Below the pieces are notes generated by a model, which worked only from the letters and a program-made list of their open reading frames with translations, did no database searches and was not told the DNA's origin. A DNA stretch of 64,000 nucleotides from Actinomycetes bacterium (GTDB taxonomy: Bacteria; Actinomycetota; Actinomycetes; S36-B12; UBA5976). The position numbers and the translations under genes were made by a program. This document shows, piece by piece, positions 21,823 to 30,967 of the stretch. The stretch lies in assembly GCA_037619625.1 (NCBI GenBank), contig JASJMK010000058.1:7450-71449 (forward strand), written 5' to 3'. The stretch's first letter is position 1; every line of letters starts with the position of its first letter.

Positions 21823-22735
21823 CTGCGGCACTAATTCCATTCGGTTATTAATTGCAGACATAACTAACGGCACACTCACAGATGTTGTCAGAACTATGGT
21901 GATTGTTCGCTTAGGCGAAGGTGTCGATAAAACTGGAGAATTTTCGCAAGCGGCACTTGAAAGAACTTTCGCAGCAATCGAAACCTTTGCTGCGCTTATT
22001 TCAAAGCATCAGCCCGAGAAAGTTAGATTTGTTGCAACAAGTGCGAGCCGAGACGTTTCCAATCGAAGTGAATTTGTTGCTGGAATTGTAAGTCGCCTTG
22101 GTATCGAACCTGACATTATCAGCGGTGACGAAGAAGCTGAACTTTCTTTCTTGGGAGCTACAGCAGATTTAATTAATTTCAATGATCCACCTGTAGCGCC
22201 TTATTTAGTTATCGACATTGGTGGTGGATCCACTGAGTTCGTACTCGGCACTACGGGACCTATTGCAGCGATAAGCACAAATGTTGGTTGTGTCCGAATG
22301 ACAGAGCGACATTTAAAAAGTGATCCGGCGACACCGCAAGAAATTGCAGCAGCCACGTCCGACATTGATGCTGCCATTGATCTGGCGTACTCCGCAGTTC
22401 CAATTGCCCAAGCAAATAGCTTGATTGGCTTAGCTGGTTCAGTTACGACAGTTGCCGCAATTGCACTTGGACTCAGTGAATATGATTCAGTAGCTATCCA
22501 CGGCAGCAGAATTTCTGCGCAGGACGTCCACCGGGTCACCCAGGATTTACTAGCAATGACACGAGCAGAACGCGCAAAACTTGGTCCTATGCATGAGGGC
22601 CGGATTGATGTAATTGGCAGCGGGGCACTGGTGCTCGATCGCATTATGGTTCGAACGGGGCTTAAGCAAGTCGTTGTTTCCGAGCGCGACATCCTGGATG
22701 GCATCGCCAGAGGACTTATTTCTAACCCCAGTTAG
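21797..22735 (+). CDS. ppx: Exopolyphosphatase / guanosine pentaphosphate phosphohydrolase family (Ppx/GppA)
   Basis: ASKHA-fold motifs AAIDCGTNSIRLLI and DIGGGSTEF. Start ambiguous (GTG 21788, ATG 21797 or GTG 21803); overlaps the DUF501 gene end. Confidence 0.9.
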   Translation: MIVRVAAIDCGTNSIRLLIADITNGTLTDVVRTMVIVRLGEGVDKTGEFSQAALERTFAAIETFAALISKHQPEKVRFVATSASRDVSNRSEFVAGIVSRLGIEPDIISGDEEAELSFLGATADLINFNDPPVAPYLVIDIGGGSTEFVLGTTGPIAAISTNVGCVRMTERHLKSDPATPQEIAAATSDIDAAIDLAYSAVPIAQANSLIGLAGSVTTVAAIALGLSEYDSVAIHGSRISAQDVHRVTQDLLAMTRAERAKLGPMHEGRIDVIGSGALVLDRIMVRTGLKQVVVSERDILDGIARGLISNPS

Positions 22736-22781
22736 GAACTTCTGGCGTTACCTGTCAGGATTAAGCGGTGGAAAACACCAC

Positions 22782-22859
22782 GCCCCTGTAGCCCAATCGG
22801 TTAGAGGCACACGACTTAAAATCGTGCCAGTGTCGGTTCAAGTCCGACCAGGGGTACCA
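22782..22859 (+). tRNA. tRNA with anticodon UAA (Leu by anticodon) but only a 5-nt variable loop; CCA encoded
   Basis: Manual fold: acceptor GCCCCTG/CAGGGGT (G1-U72), 3-bp D stem GCC/GGC with a GG-containing loop, anticodon stem CACGA/TCGTG, loop CTTAAAA (anticodon at 22817-22819), variable CCAGT, T arm GTCGG-TTCAAGT-CCGAC, A73, CCA. tRNA status is confident; identity is uncertain (see findings). Confidence 0.8.
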
Positions 22860-22981
22860 GTTGGATGGGTTTTCCTGGCATAACTGCGACTTGCCATGGC
22901 AGAACTTCGGTTTAACCCGTTATATTTAGGGGAATACGTAATTCATGGCGACGTTAAGTTAACGTCCCACAGGAGGAAATC

Positions 22982-23764
22982 ATGGCAAGTCGTAATCCAG
23001 TTCTAATTCGCGCGACAGGTGAAAGCTTGGGAGCTAACCCAGCCACCAACCAAACGCTAAACCTAGGTCAAAGCACAACTGACCAAAGTGTTATTTCGGG
23101 TGCGCGCATGACCATGGATGATGTGATTGTAAAAACTGGCACGCTCTTCGCAGTCCTTCTGGTTGGCGCATATGTTGGCTGGGCCGCGCCTGGTCTTACT
23201 TTTGTAGGTTTGATCGTTGGACTTGTTTTAGCCTTTGTAAATATCTTCAAGAAATCTGTTAGCCCTGGTTTAGTACTTGCATACGGCGCAGCTGAAGGTA
23301 TTTTCCTTGGCGGCCTGAGTCAGATTTTCTCTGAAATTTATGCTGAAACTGCACCTAATTTAGTTTCCCAAGCAGTTACGGGCACGCTGATTGCTTTTGG
23401 CACAATGCTGTTTTTATACAAGTCCGGAATCATCAAAGTTAATGGTCGCTTCCGGAAAGTTTTCATGGTTGCCATGGTCTCTTACTTCGTCATTGCGATT
23501 GCCTCGTTTATCTCTAGTTTCGCCGGTGTTGGCCAGGGCTGGGGCTTCTACGGAGTTGGTGGACTCGGAATCCTTCTTTGTGTCGCTGGCGTTGCGCTAG
23601 CTTCCTTCTCGCTAGTTATGGATTTTGAAATGATCACTCAGTCAATTGCGGCAGGTGCACCTGAAAAAGAAGCTTGGCGCATGGCATTTGGTTTGACCAT
23701 AACTTTAGTTTGGCTTTACACCGAGCTACTTCGCTTACTTGCGATATTCTCTGGCAACGATTAA
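22982..23764 (+). CDS. Bax inhibitor-1/YccA-family integral membrane protein
   Basis: 260 aa; N-terminal SRNPVL and MTMDDVIVKTG segments followed by ~7 TM helices. AGGAGG precedes the ATG. Confidence 0.7.
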   Translation: MASRNPVLIRATGESLGANPATNQTLNLGQSTTDQSVISGARMTMDDVIVKTGTLFAVLLVGAYVGWAAPGLTFVGLIVGLVLAFVNIFKKSVSPGLVLAYGAAEGIFLGGLSQIFSEIYAETAPNLVSQAVTGTLIAFGTMLFLYKSGIIKVNGRFRKVFMVAMVSYFVIAIASFISSFAGVGQGWGFYGVGGLGILLCVAGVALASFSLVMDFEMITQSIAAGAPEKEAWRMAFGLTITLVWLYTELLRLLAIFSGND

Positions 23765-23769
23765 GCCGA

Positions 23770-24363
23770 ATGGGAACAATGCCAGAAATACATTTGAACT
23801 TAGGCACGGACATACGTGGACCATGGCCACAAGGTACGCAAGTTATGTATTTCGGCATGGGCTGTTTCTGGGGAGCTGAAAAGAAGTTATGGGTTCTGCC
23901 TGGGGTAGTTAGTACTGCTGTTGGTTACATGGGTGGCACAGCAACGGAACCTACTTATCCTTTAGTTTGCACGGGCACAACTGGTCACTCCGAAATCGTT
24001 CTGGTTGCCTACGACCCAACTCAAATTTCTGAGTATGACTTACTTAAGTGTTTTTGGGAGAATCATGACCCAACCCAAGGAAATCGTCAAGGTAACGATG
24101 TTGGATCGCAGTATCGCAGTGCGGTTTACTGGAGCACACCTGAGCAAGAAAACTGGGTGCGACAAAGTCGTGATGCATACAACTCACTTCTTGAGAGCAA
24201 AGGCTTCGATTCCATAACAACGGAAATGGCGGATGCTTCGCAATTCAAGTTTTGGTACGCCGAGGAATATCATCAGCAGTACTTAATCAAGAATCCAAAG
24301 GGATATGACTGTCATGCCCATACTGGGATCTTGTTGCCCGAAATAACTGCTTTAAGCAATTAA
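23770..24363 (+). CDS. msrA: Peptide-methionine (S)-S-oxide reductase
   Basis: ATG 23770 chosen, after the upstream stop (ORF track starts at 23674). Catalytic motif GMGCFWGAE; EEYHQQYL near the C-terminus. Confidence 0.93.
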   Translation: MGTMPEIHLNLGTDIRGPWPQGTQVMYFGMGCFWGAEKKLWVLPGVVSTAVGYMGGTATEPTYPLVCTGTTGHSEIVLVAYDPTQISEYDLLKCFWENHDPTQGNRQGNDVGSQYRSAVYWSTPEQENWVRQSRDAYNSLLESKGFDSITTEMADASQFKFWYAEEYHQQYLIKNPKGYDCHAHTGILLPEITALSN

Positions 24364-25584
24364 AGTTTCAGCAAGCTTCGGTTTGCGAGTCTCAGGCATA
24401 AACATAACCATCACACTGGTTGCGCTGGCCACGATTAAGCCAGCGATAAATGGCCAAGCAAAACCTCCGGTTGAGTCGGCAAGATAACCAAAGAGCAGCG
24501 GTCCGGCGACGATACCAAGATCGCTCATCATTTGATATGTTGCCACCACGGGTCCACCTTTGCGACCATCGACAATATCCCCGATTACAGCGGATGGCGC
24601 TGACCCTAAGAAAGCGGCGCCCACACCCATCGCAATCATCGAAGCGTAGAAACCAGTTAAAGTTTCGCTCGCCACTAGGCAAATCATCGCCACGACCAGG
24701 GCCAAGGTGCCAATAACCATTGCTGGTTTTCGCCCACGGGTATCTGTCATTCGCCCAGCGGGTAACAGTAGGGACGCTTGCACAACGCTGGTAGCTAAAA
24801 ATCCATAACTCGAAGTTGCTGGACTCTTCTGCAGAACTGAAACGACGAATAACGGAATCAGCGCAGAGCGCAAACCAAACGATGTCATGCCATTTGATAA
24901 ATTCACAACTAATGCAGTCCAGTACGCACGGAGTTTAAGTGCGGCCATTATCGGCATTGCTGGAACTTGATTTTCAAAAATCCCAGATTGATCTTTGTTT
25001 GGGTGCCCTAAACCTTTTGGAAGTGCGAAGTAGGCGGTTGTCGCTGCTGCTGCAAGCGTTGCTGCATAAACAAAGAATGGTGCGCGGATACTTACCGCAA
25101 CTATGAGACCACCAACTGCGGGACCTGCTAGACCACCAAATAGAAAGCCACTCTGATATGTACTTGCAGCGCGGCCGCGATGTGCTGCATCTACGGTTCG
25201 CAGCAAGAGCGACATTGAGGAGACAGTAAACATTGCAGAGCCAGTTCCGCCAATACCGCGCAAAACAATAAGTTGGTCAAAAGATTGGGCTAGACCAGCT
25301 AAGGCACTTGAAATCGAGACGATACTTAGTCCAATCCAAAGTACGGTGCGCTCGCCAATTTTGTTGATTAGCCAGCCGCTGGGTGCAGCGCTGAGAAATC
25401 GCATTAATGCAAAGACGCTGATTACTGAACTCGCTGCGAAGTTTGAAACTTCAAAGGCTTGGGCAAATACCGGAATGATTGGGGCAACTATCCCAAAGCC
25501 AAGCGCTACACAGAATGCGACGGCTGTAAGTACTCCAACTTCGCGTGGCAGGTCTCGGAAATATCTATCAAGTAAATTTCGCAT
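24352..25584 (-). CDS. MFS transporter
   Basis: 410 aa, ~12 TM helices, MFS loop motifs (GWLINKIGERT, GRMTDTRGRKP). Its 3' end overlaps msrA by 12 nt (convergent). Confidence 0.85.
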   Translation of the reverse strand: MRNLLDRYFRDLPREVGVLTAVAFCVALGFGIVAPIIPVFAQAFEVSNFAASSVISVFALMRFLSAAPSGWLINKIGERTVLWIGLSIVSISSALAGLAQSFDQLIVLRGIGGTGSAMFTVSSMSLLLRTVDAAHRGRAASTYQSGFLFGGLAGPAVGGLIVAVSIRAPFFVYAATLAAAATTAYFALPKGLGHPNKDQSGIFENQVPAMPIMAALKLRAYWTALVVNLSNGMTSFGLRSALIPLFVVSVLQKSPATSSYGFLATSVVQASLLLPAGRMTDTRGRKPAMVIGTLALVVAMICLVASETLTGFYASMIAMGVGAAFLGSAPSAVIGDIVDGRKGGPVVATYQMMSDLGIVAGPLLFGYLADSTGGFAWPFIAGLIVASATSVMVMFMPETRKPKLAETLIA

Positions 25585-25586
25585 TT

Positions 25587-26825
25587 TTAGTAGTGGGTAA
25601 CCACATCAAAGCCACTAGCAAGAATTCGACTTAAGATCTCATCGCGATGCTCAAAGCCACGAGTCTCAAGCTCAAGTTCGACATCGACTTCACTCAGGGC
25701 AAGTGCTGGATTCATGTGTGACTGCGAAACTTGAATTATATTTGTTCCCATTTCACCAATCAGCGATACCAAGGTGGCAAGAGCGCCAGGCTGATCTGGA
25801 AGTCGAACTTGCACCATCAAGAAGCGCCCCGATGTTGCCAGACCCGTTCGTAAGACGCGATTAAGTAGAAGTGGATCAATATTTCCACCTGACAGACTTG
25901 CCACGACTGGACCTTCAAAAGAATCTGGATCATCGAGGATCGCAGCAACCGCAGCAATGCCACCAGCTTCAACTTGCAATTTGCTTCGCTCTAAAGTTAC
26001 GAGCAGCGCGCGCGCAAGTGAGGCTTCACTAACAGTGCGAATTTCATCAACATGTTCCTGAATTATTTTAAATGGCACCACACCCGGCTTGCCAACAGCA
26101 ATTCCATCAGCCATGGTCGCCATTTTTGGCAACATTTGGGGAGAGCCCGCGGCAAGTGATGGGGGATAAGAAGCAGCCATTTCGGCTTGCACACCGATGA
26201 CTTTAATGTCAGGGCGAAGACTCTTGATAGCTAAAGCCGTTCCGGCAAGTAACCCACCACCACCAGTGCAAACAACAACAGTTTTAACATCAGGATTTTG
26301 TGCCAAAATTTCTAGTCCCATAGTTCCTTGACCAGCCACAATGTGTTCATGGTCAAAGGGGTGAATAAAAATTGCCCCGGTTTGTTCGGAAAATTCAATG
26401 GCGGCCAATAGCGTTTCATCGATAGTTGCGCCGTGGAACTTAACAGTTGCACCGTAACCGACAGTTGCTTGCAACTTAGGAATTGGCGCACCAACTGGCA
26501 TAAATATTGTTGCTTGGATTCCAAGAATTTGAGCCGCTAAGGCAACACCCTGGGCATGGTTTCCAGCGCTGGCTGCAACTACTCCGCGCGAGCGCTCTTG
26601 TTCGGTAAGTCGAGCAATTCGGTTATATGCACCACGTATTTTAAAAGAGCCAGCACGCTGTAAGTTCTCACACTTGAAAGAAACTGGAATTCCATACTTC
26701 TTCTCGATCCAGCCAGCAGAAAGCGAAGGCGTGTGACGTATGACACCCTCGAGTAAACGAGCTGCATCATGAATGTCTTCAAGGGATACCGACTGCACTA
26801 GACAATGTTGGCATGAGATTTGCAA
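25587..26825 (-). CDS. ilvA: Threonine ammonia-lyase (threonine dehydratase), short form with one ACT-like regulatory domain
   Basis: 412 aa; PLP-lysine motif KCENLQRAGSFKIRGA, SAGNHAQG, GGGGL loop. Start uncertain within the first ~12 codons. Confidence 0.9.
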   Translation of the reverse strand: MQISCQHCLVQSVSLEDIHDAARLLEGVIRHTPSLSAGWIEKKYGIPVSFKCENLQRAGSFKIRGAYNRIARLTEQERSRGVVAASAGNHAQGVALAAQILGIQATIFMPVGAPIPKLQATVGYGATVKFHGATIDETLLAAIEFSEQTGAIFIHPFDHEHIVAGQGTMGLEILAQNPDVKTVVVCTGGGGLLAGTALAIKSLRPDIKVIGVQAEMAASYPPSLAAGSPQMLPKMATMADGIAVGKPGVVPFKIIQEHVDEIRTVSEASLARALLVTLERSKLQVEAGGIAAVAAILDDPDSFEGPVVASLSGGNIDPLLLNRVLRTGLATSGRFLMVQVRLPDQPGALATLVSLIGEMGTNIIQVSQSHMNPALALSEVDVELELETRGFEHRDEILSRILASGFDVVTHY

Positions 26826-26931
26826 ACAATCTAATTATGACAATTTCGCTCACAGCAAAGGGTCTGGGTTAATCCGCATCCGCTGGTAAGTTAAGGGCAT
26901 CAAATCAATTTCCGTAAGGATTTAGACCACC

Positions 26932-27927
26932 ATGAATCTGGCAATAAAAGCAACAGGCTTAACTAAGAAATTCGGTGAAGTTGTAGCCCTAAACGGCATA
27001 GATATCGAAGTTGAAGAGGGCACGGTATTAGGCCTTCTTGGTCCGAACGGCTCAGGTAAAACTACGATCGTGCGAATTCTGGCAACTTTGATTCAAGCAG
27101 ATTCCGGCTCAGCAACTGTGGGTGGCTTCAATGTCGCGACGCAACAAGATGATGTCCGAAATGTCATCGGTTTAACGGGTCAATATGCTGCGGTCGATGA
27201 GTATTTAACTGGTCGAGAAAATCTCGAACTATTTGGGCGACTGTTTCACTTAAGCAAATTTGATGCTGCAAAACGCGCAGGTGAACTACTTGAACGTTTT
27301 GATTTATCTGATGCAGCAGATCGTGGCATCAAGGGTTACTCCGGTGGCATGCGACGACGCCTGGATTTAGCTGCATCACTCATTGGGCGACCAAATGTTT
27401 TATTTTTAGATGAACCAACTACTGGTCTTGATCCACGAAGTCGCCAAGGTATGTGGAAAGTAATTGAAGAATTAGTTTCCGAGGGAACGACAGTGCTACT
27501 CACTACGCAATATTTAGAAGAAGCAGATCAACTTGCAAATCGAATTGTGGTTTTAGACCATGGAAATGTGATTGCCCAAGGCACCTCAAATGAATTAAAG
27601 TCTCAAGTTGGTGGAGATCGTATTGAGATTGTGGTTGATCGCGTTTCAGACTTAGCTAAGACAGCAGAATTAATTAATGGAATTGGTTCTGCGCCAGCAA
27701 CTATCGAAGAAGTTACCAAGACCGTGTTGCTTCCGGTTTCGGGTGGATCTAAGGCCATTGTGGATGTTGTAAGAAAACTTGATGAAAATAATATTGTGAT
27801 TGCAGATATCGCATTGCGCCGACCGACACTAGATGACGTTTTCTTAAGCCTGACTGGCCATGTCACAGAGGCAGCGCTAACCCCTGATGCACCTAAAGGT
27901 CGTCGGGGACGAAAGGCAAGGAGATAG
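26932..27927 (+). CDS. ABC transporter ATP-binding protein (DrrA/ABC-2 subfamily)
   Basis: Walker A GPNGSGKTT, signature YSGGMRRR, Walker B VLFLDEPTTGLD. Confidence 0.92.
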   Translation: MNLAIKATGLTKKFGEVVALNGIDIEVEEGTVLGLLGPNGSGKTTIVRILATLIQADSGSATVGGFNVATQQDDVRNVIGLTGQYAAVDEYLTGRENLELFGRLFHLSKFDAAKRAGELLERFDLSDAADRGIKGYSGGMRRRLDLAASLIGRPNVLFLDEPTTGLDPRSRQGMWKVIEELVSEGTTVLLTTQYLEEADQLANRIVVLDHGNVIAQGTSNELKSQVGGDRIEIVVDRVSDLAKTAELINGIGSAPATIEEVTKTVLLPVSGGSKAIVDVVRKLDENNIVIADIALRRPTLDDVFLSLTGHVTEAALTPDAPKGRRGRKARR

Positions 27928-27929
27928 TT

Positions 27930-28778
27930 ATGAGCCTGACAACTCAAACAAAGCCAACCCAAGAAACTGCGCCACGGCCGAAAATGGGCTGGTTAATAAC
28001 GGACAGCATTTCAGTGTCTCGGCGTCATCTTCTAAAAATTACCCGCGTACCTGAATCATTATTTTTTGCATTAATTCAACCCGTCATGTTTGTGCTGCTG
28101 TTTGCATTTGTATTTGGTGGCGCAATAGACGTTGGTTCGGGTGGCGCAACGGGATATCGGGAGTACTTGATTCCTGGCATATTGGCGCAAACCGTAATGT
28201 TTGCTGTGGCTGGAATCACGGTAGGTATTACCGAAGATGCAAGCAAAGGAATCATGGATCGCTTTAGGTCCTTACCAATGCGACCAGGCGCAGTATTAAC
28301 TGGTCATACCTTGGCATCCTTGCTCCAGAACGTCCTAGTGATTTCGATCCTGTCAATTACTGGACTCGCGGTTGGTTGGCGAATTCACAACGGTTTTGCT
28401 GACGCTGCCCTGGCTTATTTAATGTTTGCAGTTTTTGCTTATGCAATAACTTGGGTTGGCGCTTGGATTGGCTTGCACATGCCAAACTCTGAAGTTGCAG
28501 GCACCGCAGGCTTAGTTTGGATTTTCCCAGTTACTTTTGCATCCAATATTTTCACCCCAGTAGCGACCATGCCTGGCTGGCTACAACCATTTGTGCTGTG
28601 GAATCCCGTATCTTGCCTCGCACTAGCGGCACGACAGTTGTTTGGTAATCCAACACCACTACTTGGAGATTCATTTCCAGAGCGCTACCCAGTGCAAATG
28701 GCTTTTGGATATGCATTTTTACTGCTGGCAATTTTTGCGCCACTAGCTGTTCGCGCCTTTAAAACTCGAAATAAGTAA
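27930..28778 (+). CDS. ABC-2 type transporter permease
   Basis: 282 aa, 6 predicted TM helices, immediately follows the ATPase (2-nt gap). Confidence 0.85.
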   Translation: MSLTTQTKPTQETAPRPKMGWLITDSISVSRRHLLKITRVPESLFFALIQPVMFVLLFAFVFGGAIDVGSGGATGYREYLIPGILAQTVMFAVAGITVGITEDASKGIMDRFRSLPMRPGAVLTGHTLASLLQNVLVISILSITGLAVGWRIHNGFADAALAYLMFAVFAYAITWVGAWIGLHMPNSEVAGTAGLVWIFPVTFASNIFTPVATMPGWLQPFVLWNPVSCLALAARQLFGNPTPLLGDSFPERYPVQMAFGYAFLLLAIFAPLAVRAFKTRNK

Positions 28779-28800
28779 TTATCAGAAAATTACTTAGCAA

Positions 28801-29283
28801 TCAGGGAACGTAAAGTTCTGCCGCAACGATAACAATGCGCAGAGTTTTTCCAGACGGAGTTTCATAAGAAATCTCAGCGCCAACTTCTTGGTTTAGAACG
28901 GCTGCGCCCATTGGACTGGTAGGCGAATACACATCGATGGAAGTGTGGGCAGCTTCTTCGCGAGAGCCAAGTAAGAAAGTTTCAGTATCGTCGAGATCTG
29001 GAAAATTAACCGTTACTACCATTCCTTGCGAAACGATGCCTTCTTCGATTTCTGGAGTACCAATTTGAGCAGTCTCCAGCATTTTTGTTAACTGCCTTAC
29101 CCGACCCTCATTTTTGCCTTGCTCTTCTCGGGCTGCGTGGTAACCACCATTTTCCTTCAAGTCGCCTTCTTCGCGGGCCGCAGCAATACGAGCTTTTATT
29201 TCCTCGCGCTGCGCGCCGCTTCGATTCTCTAACTCAGCTTTGAGTCGATCGAATGCATCTTGGGTCAGCCATACTTCGTTCAC
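28801..29283 (-). CDS. greA: Transcription elongation factor GreA
   Basis: 160 aa; WLTQDAFDRLKAELE..., acidic coiled-coil tip (EGDLKENGGYHAAREEQ), C-terminal globular domain. Confidence 0.93.
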   Translation of the reverse strand: MNEVWLTQDAFDRLKAELENRSGAQREEIKARIAAAREEGDLKENGGYHAAREEQGKNEGRVRQLTKMLETAQIGTPEIEEGIVSQGMVVTVNFPDLDDTETFLLGSREEAAHTSIDVYSPTSPMGAAVLNQEVGAEISYETPSGKTLRIVIVAAELYVP

Positions 29284-29303
29284 TTGATAGAGATTACGCG
29301 TAA

Positions 29304-29816
29304 TTAGCTAGTTGGGGCGACTCCGGGCGCAACTTGCTCTGGAATCTTCACTCCTGGTGGGAAATCTGGTGGTGGCACTCGCATTTGAGTGGAACTCGCA
29401 CAGCCCAAAACTTCCGCCAATACGGCCTCACCATTTGTTGTTAGGGGATACGTCACCTGTTCATAATCAGTGCCAGGCGATATTTCGACAATTGCATATC
29501 CAACATCAGTGCGCCGAATATCTTGTGCGCGAATTACACAGAAGGTAGTCAATTGAGATCCTCTGGACACTTCCCAGGTGACTAAAACTTGCGATGGTGA
29601 GGTTACTTCAAAAGCTAAAAGTTGCGAACTAACGCTTGGATTCTGCTGCCGGTAGTTTGCAAAAGCAAGACCACCTGAAACTACGGCAGCTATCAAAATC
29701 CCAACCAATATTGGCGCGAATCGACGTGGCTTCACGCCGTACCTAAGGTGCAGGTGCTGCGGTATCTCGGTTTGATTTCTCATTACAACGTCACGATACC
29801 TCACCATGTAGCCCAA
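29304..29816 (-). CDS. Single-pass membrane protein, DUF4307-like (Rv1081c position)
   Basis: One TM helix (FAPILVGILIAAVVSGGLAF) then a beta-rich domain. Sits between greA and mca as in Mtb. Start may be the internal Met at 29783. Confidence 0.6.
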   Translation of the reverse strand: MGYMVRYRDVVMRNQTEIPQHLHLRYGVKPRRFAPILVGILIAAVVSGGLAFANYRQQNPSVSSQLLAFEVTSPSQVLVTWEVSRGSQLTTFCVIRAQDIRRTDVGYAIVEISPGTDYEQVTYPLTTNGEAVLAEVLGCASSTQMRVPPPDFPPGVKIPEQVAPGVAPTS

Positions 29817-29851
29817 GGCGCTGCCGGAGTTTCGCGCAGAAGTGCGAGGTA

Positions 29852-30757
29852 GTGGAGAATAGAGATATGCCAGCTCCGCAGTTTGTTAAGCCTAAAAAAG
29901 GTGAGCCATTGCGCCTGCTGGCCGTTCATGCTCATCCCGATGACGAATCCAGCAAGGGCGCAGCAGCAACAGCCAAGTACGTGAGCCAAGGCGTGGAAGT
30001 CATGGTTGTTAGTTGTACTGGTGGCGAGCGTGGAGATGTTTTAAACCCAGCATTTACTTTGGGTGAGCGCTCTATTTTTGAAGTCCGCAAAAATGAAATG
30101 CATCGTGCGGCCCAAATCCTTGGAATACAACATCGTTGGCTTGGGTTTGAGGATTCTGGTTGGCCAGATGGTGATCCAAAACCACCACTTCCAACTGGCT
30201 GCTTTGCGGACTTGCCACTTGCGCAAGTTAGCGCACCTCTTGTTGAAATTGTGCGGGAATTTCGACCGCATGTGATTACCACTTATGACGAAAATGGTGG
30301 CTATCCACACCCGGACCATATTCGCACGCACGAAGTATCGATGTTCGCATGGGAGAAGGCGGCAGATCCAAAATATGATTCGATACTTGAGCCCTGGGTC
30401 GCAGCCAAACTTTATTATCATCACGGTTTTTCCAAAGTTCGTGTTCAAGCGATGCATGATGCCTGCACTGAACTTGGTATTGAATCGCCGTACCAAGAAT
30501 GGCTCGATGAGTGGGAAGATGACGACTTAACTTCAAATCGGGTAACTACTCGCATCGATTGCGCGAATTGGTTTAATGTTCGTGAAGCTGCCTTGAAAGC
30601 GCATGAAACTCAGATCGACCCAAATGGAATTTGGTTCGCTGTGCCAATTGATAAAATGGCAGAGATCTGGCCAACGGAAGACTTCGAACTTGCGTTTTCA
30701 CGCATTGGTGCGATTGTTAACGAAGACGACCTTTTTACTGGCTTGCGAGGAGCTTAG
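29852..30757 (+). CDS. mca: Mycothiol S-conjugate amidase (LmbE/PIG-L deacetylase family)
   Basis: AVHAHPDDES zinc motif, TYDENGGYPHPDH. greA-membrane protein-mca arrangement as in Mtb Rv1080c-Rv1082. Start is 29852 or ATG 29867; Mca versus MshB is decided only by context. Confidence 0.8.
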   Translation: MENRDMPAPQFVKPKKGEPLRLLAVHAHPDDESSKGAAATAKYVSQGVEVMVVSCTGGERGDVLNPAFTLGERSIFEVRKNEMHRAAQILGIQHRWLGFEDSGWPDGDPKPPLPTGCFADLPLAQVSAPLVEIVREFRPHVITTYDENGGYPHPDHIRTHEVSMFAWEKAADPKYDSILEPWVAAKLYYHHGFSKVRVQAMHDACTELGIESPYQEWLDEWEDDDLTSNRVTTRIDCANWFNVREAALKAHETQIDPNGIWFAVPIDKMAEIWPTEDFELAFSRIGAIVNEDDLFTGLRGA

Positions 30758-30961
30758 ATGTATCGATTTTTGAATTCATTAGCCGGCAATTCACCGGAGC
30801 CATTCCCATCATCAACTTCCTTTGATGCCACTAAAGTCAATCCAGGACCAATTGGGGGACTAGTTTTCCTGGCTTTAACAATTGCTGTTGTATTTTTACT
30901 TTTTAGCTTTAATCGTCACATCAAGAAAGTGAATTTCGAGCAGGAAGAACTTGAAAGTTAA
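30758..30961 (+). CDS. Small single-TM membrane protein, unknown function
   Basis: 67 aa; hydrophobic helix GGLVFLALTIAVVFLLF; the ATG abuts the mca stop. Confidence 0.5.
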   Translation: MYRFLNSLAGNSPEPFPSSTSFDATKVNPGPIGGLVFLALTIAVVFLLFSFNRHIKKVNFEQEELES

Positions 30962-30967
30962 TTAGCC

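Noticed and set aside
22614-22883. 89-aa plus-strand ORF spanning the ppx 3' end and the tRNA
   Set aside because: It overlaps ppx in another frame and reads straight through a tRNA gene. Spurious.
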